Positions 12,068 to 24,994 of a stretch of DNA of 64,000 nt are shown one piece after another. The DNA is from Camelus dromedarius (taxonomy: Eukaryota), in NCBI RefSeq assembly GCF_036321535.1, contig NC_087436.1, positions 7,564,001-7,628,000 on the forward strand. Direction: 5' to 3'. Each line of letters begins with the position of its first letter. The first letter of the stretch is position 1. Position numbers and translations under genes: made by a program. Under the pieces are notes generated by a model that saw only the letters and a list, made by a program, of their open reading frames with translations, was not told the origin of the DNA and ran no database searches.

Positions 12068-12266
12068 ACATCAGCAATGTTTTTCTGGGAAGGGCCAGAT
12101 GACAAATACTTTACTTTTTGTGGGCCAAGTAGTTACCACAACTACTCAACTCAGGCGTTTTAGTGTGAAAGCAGCCATAGACAGTATGTAATCCAAGGAG
12201 TGTGACTGTTGACAGAAACACATGATGAGCTAGATTGGACCCATGGGCTGTAGTTGCCAACCCTCA
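12068..12266 (-). mobile_element. MER58A (hAT-Charlie MITE)
   Basis: aagggccagatgacaaatacttt...caactactcaactc...gtgtgaaagcagccatagaca...tagttgccaaccct. Confidence 0.85.
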
Positions 12267-12464
12267 AGGGAGACAGCAGAGGTTCATTTTCCACTCATGC
12301 TGCAGATATATAAATATATCATGGCTCAGTAGAACCAGTGGAAAGTAGAAATGGTTAGTAAATGACACTGATAACTCCACAGTTACTGTTTGTCTAAAAA
12401 TGTTGGTGTTTCAGTAATCGAGTATCACCAGATATTTGTAGAAATATTAAGAATCCCCTCTTCT

Positions 12465-12600
12465 TAGGTGGGATGTAAATTCCACAAGGGTAGGTGCAAT
12501 GTGGTGTTTATTTTGATATCCTCGTCATCTCAGCAAGTGTGTTGCATGTAGTAGATTCTCAGTAAATATTTGGTAACTGCGAAAATAAATAAGTATTTAA
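12465..12600 (+). mobile_element. L2 3' end
   Basis: tgtaaattccacaagggtagg...gtagtagattctcagtaaatatttg. Confidence 0.65.
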
Positions 12601-13222
12601 ATAGACTGGAGAAAACCTTATTCCACTGAAAAGCCACTGCATTGAATTCATTGCAGAAAATGTTAGCTGAGGAATTAGCTTCTGAATATAGAAAAATTGA
12701 TTTAAATTTTTATTCACTGGTAAGGAAGATTCTAAATATCTTGACAGAAGAATTTCTAGTTTTCCATTTTACCTTTTATATATTTATTTTCTTATTTTAG
12801 ATGTATTTTAAGTGTTTTTTTTTCCTTCATATGTTTCAAAAAGAGTTTAGATAAAGCCTTTCCAGTAACTCTTATTGACTACTCTTTAGAAAGAAGACAT
12901 CAGGATATCTTAAAACATATCATATATATGTAACCATTAAAAATATTAAAACATTCATTTCATATTCTTGATCAATGAACCTAATGATAATCCAGAGAGT
13001 AATGTATTCTTTTCTTCTTTAATCATACTATTTGTTATTTTAATTAATTCTTAGTTACATCATCTTATTTTAACCCTAGTATAATTTATTGAAATTGATA
13101 TACTATTTATCTTTCCTTAAAACCCAAAACCTTATCTTTGGCATAAGTACAATTCCAGAACTGCTGGCCAAATTTCTCCCCTTTGGCCTCATCAGCTCTT
13201 AGCCTGTTAACATCTGTTTCCT

Positions 13223-13303
13223 TTTCTTTTTTTTTTTTAATTGAAGTATAGTCAGTTTACAATGTTATGTTAATTTCTGGTGTACAGCATAGTGATTCAG
13301 CCA

Positions 13304-13344
<41 letters not shown>

Positions 13345-13820
13345 CATATACATACACATATACACATATTCCTTTTCAGATTCTTTTTCATTATAGGCTA
13401 TTACAAGATATTGAATATAGTTCCCTGTGCTATACAGCAGGGCTTTGTTGTTTATCTGTTTATGTATAGTAATTAGTATCTGTAAATCCTCAACTCCCAA
13501 TTTATCCTTGCACCCCTTCTATCCCCGTGGTAATCATAAGTTTGTTTTCTATGCCTGTGAGCCTGTTTATGTTTTGTAAATAAATCTGTCTCATTTTTTT
13601 AGATTCCACATATAAGTGATATCATATGGTATTTTTTTCTCTTTCTGGCTTAACTTCACTTACTATGATAATCTTCAGGTCCAACCACGTTGCTGTAAAT
13701 GACATTATTTTGTTCTTTTTTATGGCTGAGTAGTATTCCATTGTATAAATATACTGCAACTTCTTTATCCAGTTATCTGTTGATGGATATTTAGTTTGCT
13801 TCCATGTCTTGGCTACCACT
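13223..13820 (-). mobile_element. 5'-truncated cetartiodactyl/camelid L1 (end of ORF2 + 3' UTR + poly(A))
   Basis: Poly(T) then ttaattgaagtatagtcagtttacaatg; ORF 13622-13843(-) contains the L1 ORF2 C-terminus WKQ..PSTDNWIKKL.YIYTMEYYSAIKKN; possible TSD acatctgtttcct / acatcagttttct. Confidence 0.95.
13311..13338. repeat. (GT)14 microsatellite inside the L1 3' UTR
   Basis: Direct read. Confidence 0.95.
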
Positions 13821-14797
13821 GACATCAGTTTTCTGATCAACAAGATGAAGGAATTTTTTTTTCTTTTTAGTTATTATATTTAGCTTCTTAAGGTCCAACA
13901 TCACTTAAACTTTTCTGTGTCTGTGAAAGGAACAGTGTACACAATGTGTGTGCAAGTAATTTGGCAGCAGTGGTCTCTTGCACTGGACTGGTCACCAGGA
14001 CTGAATGTCCTGATGCTGCTGTTTAAGGAAATGGTCCCTTCTTTACCTTCTCAGGGGCACTGCACTTGAAAAAATCGTAATCGTGCAGGTCATCTTCATG
14101 GTTCATTGTGAAACAGTTTTTTCCCCCAAAACTTTATAGAGTAATCCCAAGTTCTTTTTAAAGAGAAGAGAGACTCTTATCAAGGACCTTGACTTGTTGC
14201 TAAAATTAATTATAATTTAAAATCACCTAATGAATATGATTAGTCTTTGAAACTTACAAATACCACAAACATGACAAACTCAAAAACTCACTTCTTATTC
14301 AAATTGCAGTCTCAGTGATTTTTAATAACAAAAATTACATTTTGAAAGAGATGAATATAAAATCATATAGACTTTAGGAAAAATGTCATATTTATCACAT
14401 TTCTGTCTAGTTTGGGTCTAGTCTTTTTGGAGACATGCATATGACTCTTCCATTTGATTAAATTGAATACAATAGCAAATCACTGGCTGTCACACATTTC
14501 TCTAGATCTGTATTAAATACTATGAGATATGCAAGCATGAATGAGATGTTACATTACCTTTGCCCTCATGGCCTTGCAGCACATTTGCCATCAAGAACCT
14601 TCACTCTCTTCTAGTCTAACTATGCAATGACAAATAAAGTTGAAAGTTAACAATTGCTGGGATAGATTAAGTTTGAATATTTTCCAAATGTGCACTAAAT
14701 TTTTGTTCTTTGATTGGATTTTTGCTTTGATTGGACCATTTATAGCTCATCAATATGGTGAACCAAAATAAGGCCATAAATCTGGCTTTCTGTAAAC

Positions 14798-15018
14798 CTG
14801 AGGTTGACAAACACTTTCTTTCATGGGCCAAATAATACATATTTTAGATTCTGCAAGTCCTGTGATCTCAGTCACAACTACTGAACCTTCATGTCATGTG
14901 AAGGAGCACAGACCATATGTAAGCAAATGAGTATGGCTATAAATAAAACAAAATATTTATTTACAAAAAATGGTGGTGGGTCAGATTTGACCATGGGTGA
15001 TAGCTTCCTAACTTTTTG
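14798..15018 (-). mobile_element. MER58A (hAT-Charlie MITE)
   Basis: gggccaaataatacatattttag...tcacaactactgaac...tttatttacaaaaaatggtggtgggtcagatttgacc. Confidence 0.85.
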
Positions 15019-15026
15019 CTGTAGAC

Positions 15027-15230
15027 CTGTGCTGTTTAGTAAGGTAGCCTTTAGACAAGGCTATTTGTATTTAAATTAAATACAAATAACTAACATTAAT
15101 CATTCAGTTCCTCAGTCATACCAGCCATATTTCAACTGCTCGAAAGTCACACATGACTAGTGAGTCCCATATTGAGTGGTGCCTTAGAATGTTTCCATCA
15201 ACAGGGAACTTTCCGTTGGACTGCTCTGTG
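15027..15230 (-). mobile_element. MER3 (hAT-Charlie MITE), abutting MER58A
   Basis: ttcagttcctcagtcataccagccatatttcaactgctc...tagaatgtttccatca...ttggactgctctg. Confidence 0.85.
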
Positions 15231-16492
15231 GTCTAGACCAACTTAGTTGAGCTTATTGGGCAGGCTTTACATTACGCACTCAATTCCTAAACTAATCCTG
15301 ACCTCAGCAGAAAACATTACCCACAGCCGTGGTTGTCCATCTTGCAGATCCTTGGATTAAAGTTGCTGTCATTAAATCAGTATTTAGGGAATGAATTCTA
15401 AATCAATCTATGGCTTTAGAATAATCATCTTTTACACTTCTCACTACATGCCTGAGTGTTTTCTTTAGTTCTTAAGCCAATATGGAGGATTTAATGACCA
15501 TAAAATCTCCCCAATGTGCTTGGTCAGACATTATGTTTAGCTCTTCTAAGTCTTTTTGTTTCAGAGACTAGGCAATGTCATTCCCCAACTACCGTCAATG
15601 ACCCTGATTCACAGTGATGTTTGCTTGAGTTGGAATGTTACTGCATCCCCACGAATGACTCCCATGGCTCTTCTTCTGAATTGGACTCCCTTTTACAGTG
15701 ATTTTTGCCAAAACTATGTCAGAATAATGAAACTTCTTTCTGGTTCCAAAAAACATGCCAAGAGTCTAGACATCCAAATGAATGCTGCCCAAGCCAAAAT
15801 GGTCAGCCTGGAAGCTTTGCCTTTGTTCCAGTGATGCGCCATGACTTTAAACATTTTGGAAGGAGTCTGTGAGAATTGTCTTCACAGCTAGAACAACTTA
15901 GAATTTAGAAAGTATTTATTTCAGCATTTGCCATGTGCCCTGCACTGAGATATCACACAAAGCTTTCAGACTTGAGAAAGAAACAGTTTTTATCCTTAAC
16001 GTGCTCACAGAATAGGGCTAGTATGCACATATTGCCAAAACCATCTGCAGTGGAGCACTACATTTTGGCAATAGTATAAAAGAAACTCAGAGTGATCTGT
16101 TGACCAGGAAGACGACAAGCCCTTAACATATACTTTGGTATGTATTACAATGTGAAGTGTGATTACAGTATCAGTGCTTTTGTGCCTCTGAAAATAATTC
16201 TGCAAATATGCTATAATGTGACAGTTGCACCACTGACCTACAAGCATAGGCATTCCAAATAACCACACTGAGAGACAAGGCTAGTTTACAGTATAACTTT
16301 TATAATATGTGAATCCTGACTCTAACATATAAAGCGATAAAATTTATCGCCTTGTTACTCTCTGAATATTTAGCTATCAGTCAACTGGCAATATTGTTTT
16401 AAAATTATCTTCAGTAAGTCACAAGCTATGGGATTTTTCAAAAAGACTAAATAATTACTGGAATGATTGAACAGTACAAGGAAAGGCAGTAT

Positions 16493-16525
16493 ACACACAC
16501 ACACACACACGCATGCACGCACACA
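16493..16525. repeat. (CA)n microsatellite
   Basis: acacacacacacacacacgcatgcacgcacaca. Confidence 0.9.
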
Positions 16526-16979
16526 TTGGAAGAGAATGGGAGGCAGGTAGAGGCCAGGGATTGAATAGCTTCAAGGGATTCCCAAAATACTCATTTATTT
16601 ACTATGTCCCGGGCAGGTTAAAATTAATGATTTTTTAAAAATTGCTATATCTTAATTCCATGCATGGCATTATGCAGAATTTATTTATGTCTTCTAACAG
16701 AACCTGTTTTAGGCAATCTTATTTCTAAAAAATAATTTAATCACCAATACAGAATAAAAGTATGAAGAATAAGAAGGGCATATGCTGAGGTATGAAGAAC
16801 AAGGTCATGGTTTAGAAAGAAAACAAGCAGGTTAGGATAGGATGAAATGTCCCACTTGTATATGCATATTTCATATGTTTAAGTTACGTTTTGTTCCTCA
16901 CTATATAACTATGCTCTACCATTCTTTGCAAAAGAAAACATTTGAAGTATAAATGGGTTTTAGAGGTGTAATATTTGTG

Positions 16980-17240
16980 AGTATCTTTCTATATTTACAA
17001 GAAAAAGGCAAACATTGGAATTAAAAAGGGCAAAGGATGTGAATAAGCATGTCAGAAAGAGAAATTTCAGATGGTTAATCCAAAAATAAAATACAGAGGC
17101 TTAAACCACTAATCCTCAAGGAAGTGGGGAGAACAGAAGACCGCCATCTTTGTTGCTGTTGTTCATCCGATGTTTGATAACATTGGGTGCTGGCAGGTGT
17201 GTGGTAAACTCAACACCCTCACACAGATACTGCCCAACAA
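16980..17240 (+). mobile_element. Old L1M ORF2 3' fragment
   Basis: aaaaagggcaaaggatgtgaataagcat...cactaatcctcaaggaa...tgataacattgggtgctggcaggtgtgtgg resembles the L1 ORF2 C-terminal region. Confidence 0.65.
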
Positions 17241-18768
17241 ACTTGCACTTACTTCACATTGGGAAGGGGATACATCAAAAGTCATCTTTATCTTTAGAAT
17301 TTCCTTGCTGCGTTTTTCTCCTTCCAAGCATCCAGTCTGGGAATCACAGCTATGTGAGTGGTAGAGTGTTCCCAATCAACTTTTGAGCTACATGATACTT
17401 TCCAGGAAACTCGTTGCTTGTCTTTTGGAATCTACACAAGATCTAATCTCTCCCACCTGCTTGTGCAGCATCTTAGATCTCTAGGCAATCCTTTCTTCTT
17501 TCAAAAGAAAGTACTTGGGTAATATTTATTTAAATTCAAAAAGTGCTTATGTTTGAAACTACCTAAATATTAAATAGCTAGAAGTCAGAACCACAGGATT
17601 ATTTGCTTAATTACTTAAGTTATTATAATGTTTATAAATGTTATTAAAATGAAGCTGAATAAACAATGACTCCTAAACAGTGATTAATTTAAAGTCTATT
17701 AATCATGATTTCAGTGAGACACCGTCCTTAATTAAGATCAGCTAGGTAATGCTTCACTGTCTGTTACTGTCACAACCACAGAAAGGCTACAGTGAACGTT
17801 TGTAATTTACTTAGAATTTTAACATTGCTGTCAGTATAGGATGTGTAATTTTTTGGGTATTAATTCATGGAAACAATTCAGTTATGGGGATTTTACTACC
17901 AGGATGTGTAATTAGTAGTACAAATACCGCATTTTCTTTCACCCTTTCCTTTTTTAGCAGAAAATAAGCTTCAGAGATTATTTAAAAAACTGACCAATTA
18001 GTAGAGCTTTGGTTCTTCATATACAACACTTCAGATAATTGCCCACTCAATCTCCGAAATCTTCCCCTTTTCAATTTTCTTTAAATTATTTTGATTAAAT
18101 TGAGAAGAAAACCTCAATGGATATAGTCACGGTTCGTAGCCGATTGCTAACAGCAGCTTGCTAAATTGCTCAGTAACTGGGTGCAGCTAAAATCCCAAAC
18201 TCATGAATCCAAATTTCTTGAATCAGAATCCCTCTAAAGGGTCATGTAAAATTTAGATCAAACATTAGAAAGTGTGCAAATACAATAAGCTCCCCTTATT
18301 TACATTGTTTGATCTGAAGTAGTTACTGTAGGGGGCATCAAAGGAAAAGAGAAAACTTATACATAGCAGGCATTGAAATATTTGTTGATTTGAAATCTAA
18401 GTTGGCTTCTTAATTTTGCTTAGTGGTAATGGCAACTTAAAGCAAAACTATTTTTAAGGAGAATTTTCAAACAATGTATCATCAACTGCCTACACCTTAT
18501 TAAATAGACTTGACTTAGAGTGATTCCACTGGCACACTATTGAGTTAAAACGTATATGTCAATTCTCACAGTACTGAGCATCATCTTTGGTAAACAAACA
18601 AGGCAGAAGACAATTCAAGACCTGTACCAAGCTCAGAGCAGTATGGACAGTGTTTCTTGGGGAAACACAGGGAGAAAAAGCAGTAAGTGTTGCATGGTTA
18701 CTCCATCTGTAATAGCTTGAGCCACTGCAGAGATCTAAATGGGTCATACGTTAAGAATTCAGAAAAGA

Positions 18769-18864
18769 GGGATCAGGACAGAGTTCAGTAGTAGAGTAAA
18801 TACTTAGCATGTGCAAGGTTCTGGGTTCAATCCCCAGCACCTCCATAGCAAACAAACAAACAAA
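18769..18864 (+). mobile_element. Camelid tRNA-derived SINE (Vic-SINE type)
   Basis: Pol III B box ggttcaatccc, A-rich tail; 16-bp TSD aagaattcagaaaaga (18753-18768) / aagaattcaaaaaaga (18865-18880) after a TT|AAGA L1-EN site. Confidence 0.9.
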
Positions 18865-19489
18865 AAGAATTCAAAAAAGAAACTCAAGTCTTTGTGCTAA
18901 CCTTCGATAAGCTGCGTGCCTGGGGACACCCTGGTCCCTACCCTGCCATGGTCAGGAACAGAAGTCTAAGCCCAAGCCCTCCTCTTGGGCAAGCTGGCAT
19001 GCCAAGGATTTGCATGTCGCAGGAAGAGCCAGCATGATCCCTGAAGTTCAGATGCAGTGGCTTCCCAGCCCATCCCAGCTCTGCCCAGCCCTGGGCGATC
19101 ACAAATGAGTGGTGACCAATCACATCCAGGAGAGGAGAGTAGGGAGAAGTGAAGGAAGAGAGGATCTCAAACAGAGAAATGACAGCTCTGAGCAGGACGC
19201 TGGGAATCAATGAGTGTTCAGACCTGGACTGGACCACGAGCCCAGCGCGGGCTCAGGAGGGCTGCTTCAGAGTTCTCAGAAAAATTACCAATGAGTCAAA
19301 CGTGTCCTTTATTCTTTGCTTTCTCCCTCACCACATCCTATCCCCAGGCCTCTTTCCCCAGCCTCGATAGGCATCCAGTGTTGTACATAGATGTTCCCAT
19401 CTTTAACTTGTCCCACAGTGCAGACAACATCCACTCAAAGCCCATTTCCATTCCTAGATAACATTCTTACTCCTTCTGTATAATTCCAG

Positions 19490-19690
19490 AAACAGATTAT
19501 GTGCCAGGAACTCTGCTAGATGCCAGGGAGACAAAGGTAAATAAGAAATGGGCTCATCCTTCAAAGAACTTAAGTTTGCGGGCAGAAACGTACGTGGTTA
19601 CAGAACATCAGTTTTAGGCAATGTAATGAGGAGATTGGGATAATTCATGTTAAGGTATAATTCATGTTAAGGAGGAAATCAGTCTAGCGC
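19490..19690 (-). mobile_element. L2 3' end
   Basis: tatgtgccaggaactctgctagatgccagggagacaaaggtaaataaga; includes a small tandem duplication of taattcatgttaagg. Confidence 0.75.
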
Positions 19691-20874
19691 ATCAGGCTTA
19701 TAGGGTATTTATAGGTTGAGAAAGTCTGATAATTCAAATTATTTTTTGTTGAGTGAGAAAGAGATGTTAAAATCTTAGAGTGAATTTTTAAACAGTGCAG
19801 TGTAATTCAGCCACTTTCTAAAAAAACCATACCCTAATCATACTAATGGTAAGCCTTGAAGACTAATTTATCATGTACACAAGAAGCAAATGGGCAAGAA
19901 GCAAAGTGTCTTGATTGAAAGGAATTCAAACACATTAAATTACCCAGGCCATGGGCAGCCTTATTGCACTCATGACTGATGAGATAATTCTCAGTGTAAA
20001 GTAATGTCTTCTTCCACAGAGATTCTTAGGGAATTCTCATACAAACACTGCCTTAATAAGCCTGTCCTTTATTCAAAGCAGAAAAGAGTTAAATGAGTAG
20101 TTATATTTATCTCTAGGATTCCCATTCTACTTTTGTCTCTCCATCCAAGCATCCAGCCTAGTAACATGAGCTATATGAGTGAAAAGAGATCTCCAGTCAA
20201 CTTTCTGGTTACTTGGTTCTCTTAAGGAAACTCAATGCTTATCTGGGGGGACCCTGAGACAATCCCATTTAAATTCCAGTGACTGGTTCTTCTATCATCT
20301 TAGGCAGTTTAGGAAGGATGAGAACCCCAGTAACTGCAAAGGAAGCCTTTCCCAATGTTTCTAAGGGTGTCTGGGGTCTCACAAAGGAGTCAGGCAGGTC
20401 CCTGCAGGATATTGTTTTGTCTGCTGGGCTTCCCATCCCTTCCACGAGCCACTTAGCTTGCACTGGGGTTCTTCATATGTGCCTTTGAGCAACACCAGTG
20501 ACACCCTAGAGGAGCTCCCACAATGTCATCCTGGTGCCATTTTCTACACCAAAGTGGGGGAAATGTTCAGTAACCTCCAGCCTAGAGACAGTTTATCATA
20601 TAGAGACAAAATATGAACATTTTTTGAAAGGGGAAGGGGCCCTTTCCCTTTCAAAAACAGGGACCAATAAAGCAAGACTATGACTACCAGGGTAATTTGA
20701 AATAGAAGTCATAATGCTGCTAGAATCGTGGCCTCCCTACTGACCTTGAGTGTATTGAACAGAGTAGTGCGAGAAACAGAATACCTTACCCATCAAGATA
20801 AGTTTCAGTCATTTCAATTCAAAAAGGTTTCTTTGATTTTCAAGTAGTACTTTTAAGGTGTACATTTTTTTTTA

Positions 20875-21000
20875 AAGAAATAGTGAGGACTTTATCAGAT
20901 CTCACACGGTTAAATGATTTGTACGAAGGAACGTAGCCAGAGTGTGCAAAACTGACTTAAATCCAAGTCCTTCATTTGGAGCTTGGTGCTTATTTCACAT
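20875..21000 (-). mobile_element. MIR fragment
   Basis: ggttaaatgatttgtacgaaggaacgtagccag...ttaaatccaagtc. Confidence 0.55.
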
Positions 21001-23049
21001 AGTGTAGTTGAAGCACTTGGCTACTCTTGTGAACTGAGAGTTCTTTATGGTAATCAGTTATTATTAAATTCTAGTAAGTACAATCTGTCTCTGGTTCAAA
21101 AATACACAATTTTAGAGTCATTACTCATAGATTGCTCTAATTTTTACCTAAAATTATTAGGAGGAGCTATTTAGTTTTATACTTTTTAACAGTTAATTTG
21201 ATATAAAAGCATGTTTTACAATGATATTTTCCCTTGAAAAGGAATTTATTTTAGAAAACTGAACACGTTACCGACATCAATGTACACAGTTTAATAATTA
21301 GTTAATATGCTTCAAAATGACTTCCAAATTTCTTCTTGTTAGAACAGAAGTGGTGACTAATTTAGTTCCTGTTGCTATGGGTTAGCCCCTTTATTTATTC
21401 ACTTACTGAAATTCACTTTCAATTGTTTTAGTTTCCTTAAAAAAATAAACATGGTCTTATGAAGTCTAATGGGATATCGACTACTATTTCCTGAATCTAG
21501 CTTCTGATGACAAGGTGTTGATTACTGTTCATTGAATAATTCTTAGATAATTCTGCCCCACATCTACCTAAAATCACTCCTATGATAGCTCATAAAATTT
21601 TCATTTTTAATTATCAGTAATAGTACTCAAGAGAAAGTATGGTTCTATTTTTTTTTTTTAATAGAAAATGACAGCATGCAAAGGCATTTAATATCTCTAA
21701 GAGATGCTGTTAACTTCAGGGTTGTTCAGTAGTTTCCATTGTTAGAATACGTTCTCTGGGAATCACAGGATGAAGAGTTCATGGATAAGAAATGTTACTA
21801 ACATCAAATGGAATAAATTATTTCCTAAGTTACAATGATCTGATATAAACAATGACCTAACAAAAGTTTTCTTCTAAACTTGAGGTCATTTGACTTGGTC
21901 AGGCTGCAGTATCCCTCCATATTCAGGGATATTTTGTTTCCCATGGTTCTGGTGCCTCTAATATATCCTTATATGTCCAAGTGCTTTGCCACAAACCCAA
22001 CCATCTTATTGTCCACCCAGGGGGCCTAGCTAAAGAGCTTGTAGCTTTCAGTTTCATTGAATTACATTGTTATGCGTTCTCAGAAAAGAAACAAAGCTAA
22101 TCCTCATTGATAGATTTTTCCCTGTTCTTGCTGATACAGTATTTTGGTCTATGATACAAGTGTGAGTGTAACATGTAATAACCACAAATTCATATAATTA
22201 TAAAATACTTTTAATTTTGGAAGTTAGTAAATTGAAGTAACATTTGAAATTGTTAGTAAATGTAACATTTGAAATTTAAGTAACATTTGAAATTGTGAGG
22301 GAAGTATCTGTAGTTTAAATAAACTAGTGAAATAAAAAAGTTTTCATTTATGTTTCTATTAGAATATAGATTATTTTATGAACATTCTTTTCTAATTTAT
22401 ATTGTATTCTATTCTATATCTATACTGATCGCTGACACTGTATTGTAAACTTTAGTTTAATTTTGGAGGAAAAATTTTTAAAGTATTTTATCATTACATT
22501 TTTTGCCCCAAATGAAACTTCTTAATTTCAGACAATTTGAGAAATGGCCTAGAAATCAAATTCCTCTTCCCAGATTTCACTATTCACTGAAGGAGATTAT
22601 TGTAATCTTCCTCTGAAGAAATTACCTTCTGCAAAATTACTCTTAGCTTGTGAAATGGAAATGAAAGACTCTACTAATAATATTATCAATATTCAAAATC
22701 TTAGATTGGTTCTTAAATATAATAGATTTCAATTACTGTTTTAATTGATAAAAATGCATCTAATTTGAAGAAAAAAATTCTTTCCGGATTTCTCTATAGC
22801 ATACAATTTCTATGGAGAGACATTAGCAAATACTATTATAATATAGCATTTTAACCCCTAATCCCATGAAACATGCTTCTGCACTAAGAAAAATTTTAAC
22901 ATTCCTAATAGTTCACTTCATGGAGATTATACTGTATCATGCTTATAACATTTACCTTCAAGATGTTCTTATTTATAGATGAAATGCAACATGAAATTTT
23001 TAATTTTCTTAGCAGAAACAGGAAACAGCCAAACATTATTCAACGTACA

Positions 23050-24830
23050 ACTGTTTTCTGTTCATTTCCTGCATTCTTTGTTTCCTTCCCTTATTTTCTG
23101 CTTTATTTGATTTTAAGTGAACATTTTGCATGATTCAATTTTGTCTCCTTTCTTAGCATATCAGTTATATCTAAAAAAAAAAAAAAAAACTTAGTGACTG
23201 ACCTAAGCTTTATCATATACACTTTTAACCTAACTTCACCTTCACATAACACTATACCACTTCAAAAGTAGTACAAGTGTCTTAAAGCAGAATATTCTGA
23301 ATTCTGTTCCCCTTTTTCTTGTGATTTTGCTGTCATAAATTTTATTTAACCATAGGCAATGACCATCTAATACATTGTTACTACTATTACTTTCAAAAGA
23401 ATTATGTTTTGATCAATTAAGAATAAAATTAAGACATTTTAGTTAGTCTTAATTTATTCCTTCTCTGGTGCTCTTTTTTTTTTTTTTTACATAGATCTAA
23501 GTTTATGATATATATTATTTTTCTTTTGCCTGGATTATTTTAATACTTTCTTCAGCATAAGTTCCTGGTGGTGAATTTCCTTTGTTTTTGTCTAAGAAAG
23601 TTTCATTCCTTCTTCACTCTTGAAGGATAATTTTGCTGGATACGCAACATTAGGTGAGTGTTTTTTCTTTTTTTCAAAATTTAAATGACACTTTATACTC
23701 TTCCTGCTTGAATGGTTTTTGATGAGGAGCTTCCCTTAATTCTTATCCATGCTCCCATGTAGATCCGGAGTTCTTTCTTTGGTTTCTTTAAAGACATTCT
23801 TTTTGTCTTCAATTTTCTAAAGTTTGAGTATGATATGCTGATATGCCCAGTGCTTTTCCCTTTCCTTATAGTTATCCTGTTTAGTGTTTTCCGAGATTCC
23901 TGAATCTGTGATTTGGTATCTGCCATTTATTTTGAAAATTTCTCAATTAATATTGCCTCAAATATTACTTCTGCTCTCTATTCTTCTCTGGTATTTCAGT
24001 TAAGTGTATGTTATGCCATTTAAAATTCTCCAAACTTCTTGGATTTTCTGTTTTTTAAATGTTTTCCTGTTTGCATTTTAGTTTGAAAATTTCTGTTGAT
24101 CTATCTTCCATCACATTGATTCTTCCCTTGGCTGTGTCTAATCTACCTGTTGGTTAGCCTCTAAATCATTCTTCATTCCTGTTACAGTGTTTTTGAATTC
24201 TAGCATTTCCTCTTGATTCTTTCCTTGAGTTTATCTTCTTACATTACCAGTCAGTTCTTTCATGTTGCCTGCTTTCCTCTTTAGAGCAATTAACATATTA
24301 AACATAGTTCATTTGAATTCAGTTCTTTAATAATTCCAACACTTGTGTCATATCTGAGTCAAATTCTGACACTTGCTTTTCTCTTCAGGCTGGGTTTTTC
24401 CTCGTGTTTTGACACGCCTTGTGATTTTCTGTTGAAAGCTGGACATGTATCAGGAGGTAGGAACTGCAGCATGAAGATTTGGGTTGCTCTGGCTAGGTAC
24501 TGAGCTCTGTTTAATGTTTGCTATTGGTGTAAGAGGCTTTACATCCTTCTAGGGTCTTTGTTTGTATCTCCTTTCTTGATTTTGTGCTTTCCTAAGTACT
24601 TCCCTCAGAGATGAGTCTCTGCAACTTTTTCAGTTTAATCCACTTATTATACAGGAGCCTTGCTGATGTGGTCATGGAGTATGAAGACAGAGAATGTTCT
24701 GTAGTTTTCCAATTAAATCTCAGTGTTTTAGTGCACCTGTGTCTTGGAGCTAGTTGTGACCTTGATAAGGGTCCTCCAGTAACATAGCTCTTTTTCCATT
24801 GCCCTCTATTCTTTTCCCAGCAGATCATTT
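23050..24830 (-). mobile_element. Old L1 (L1MC/MD-like) 5' region with ORF1 remnant
   Basis: ORF 23693-23926(-) MADTKSQIQESRKTLNRI...IRIKGSSSSKTIQAGR matches L1 ORF1 (cf. DTKPQIQEAQRTPSRI...IRITADFSSETMQARR). Confidence 0.9.
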
Positions 24831-24994
24831 AAAGACTGTATCAGGAAAGGGCACAGCATACCATGTCTTCTACTATATCACTCAAGGCAGCCACAGGGAC
24901 TATCCAGATTTAATAAAATGAAGACCAAAAAATCAACAACAGCTTTTAGTTGGGGGTCAAATTGCAGCATGTGAGATACGACATATAATAAGCC

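Larger units (their letters stand above)
11610..12310 (-). mobile_element. Old MLT1J/K-like LTR split into three pieces by later insertions
   Basis: Pieces 'tcaggatagggta' (~11617-11629), 'ctaggttatgttgaggtaatagacaacacccgagtcttagtgacttaa' (~12017-12064) and 'cagcagaggttcattttccactcatgctgca' (~12274-12304) are collinear. Confidence 0.6.

Noticed and set aside
18769..18850. tRNA gene (also at 26854, 31981, 37822)
   Set aside because: A/B-box similarity is present, but poly(A) tails, TSDs and the lack of an intact cloverleaf show these are SINEs.
22223..22296. CRISPR-like repeat-spacer array
   Set aside because: Mammalian DNA; three 15-bp units with no unique spacers and no cas genes. A simple slippage repeat.
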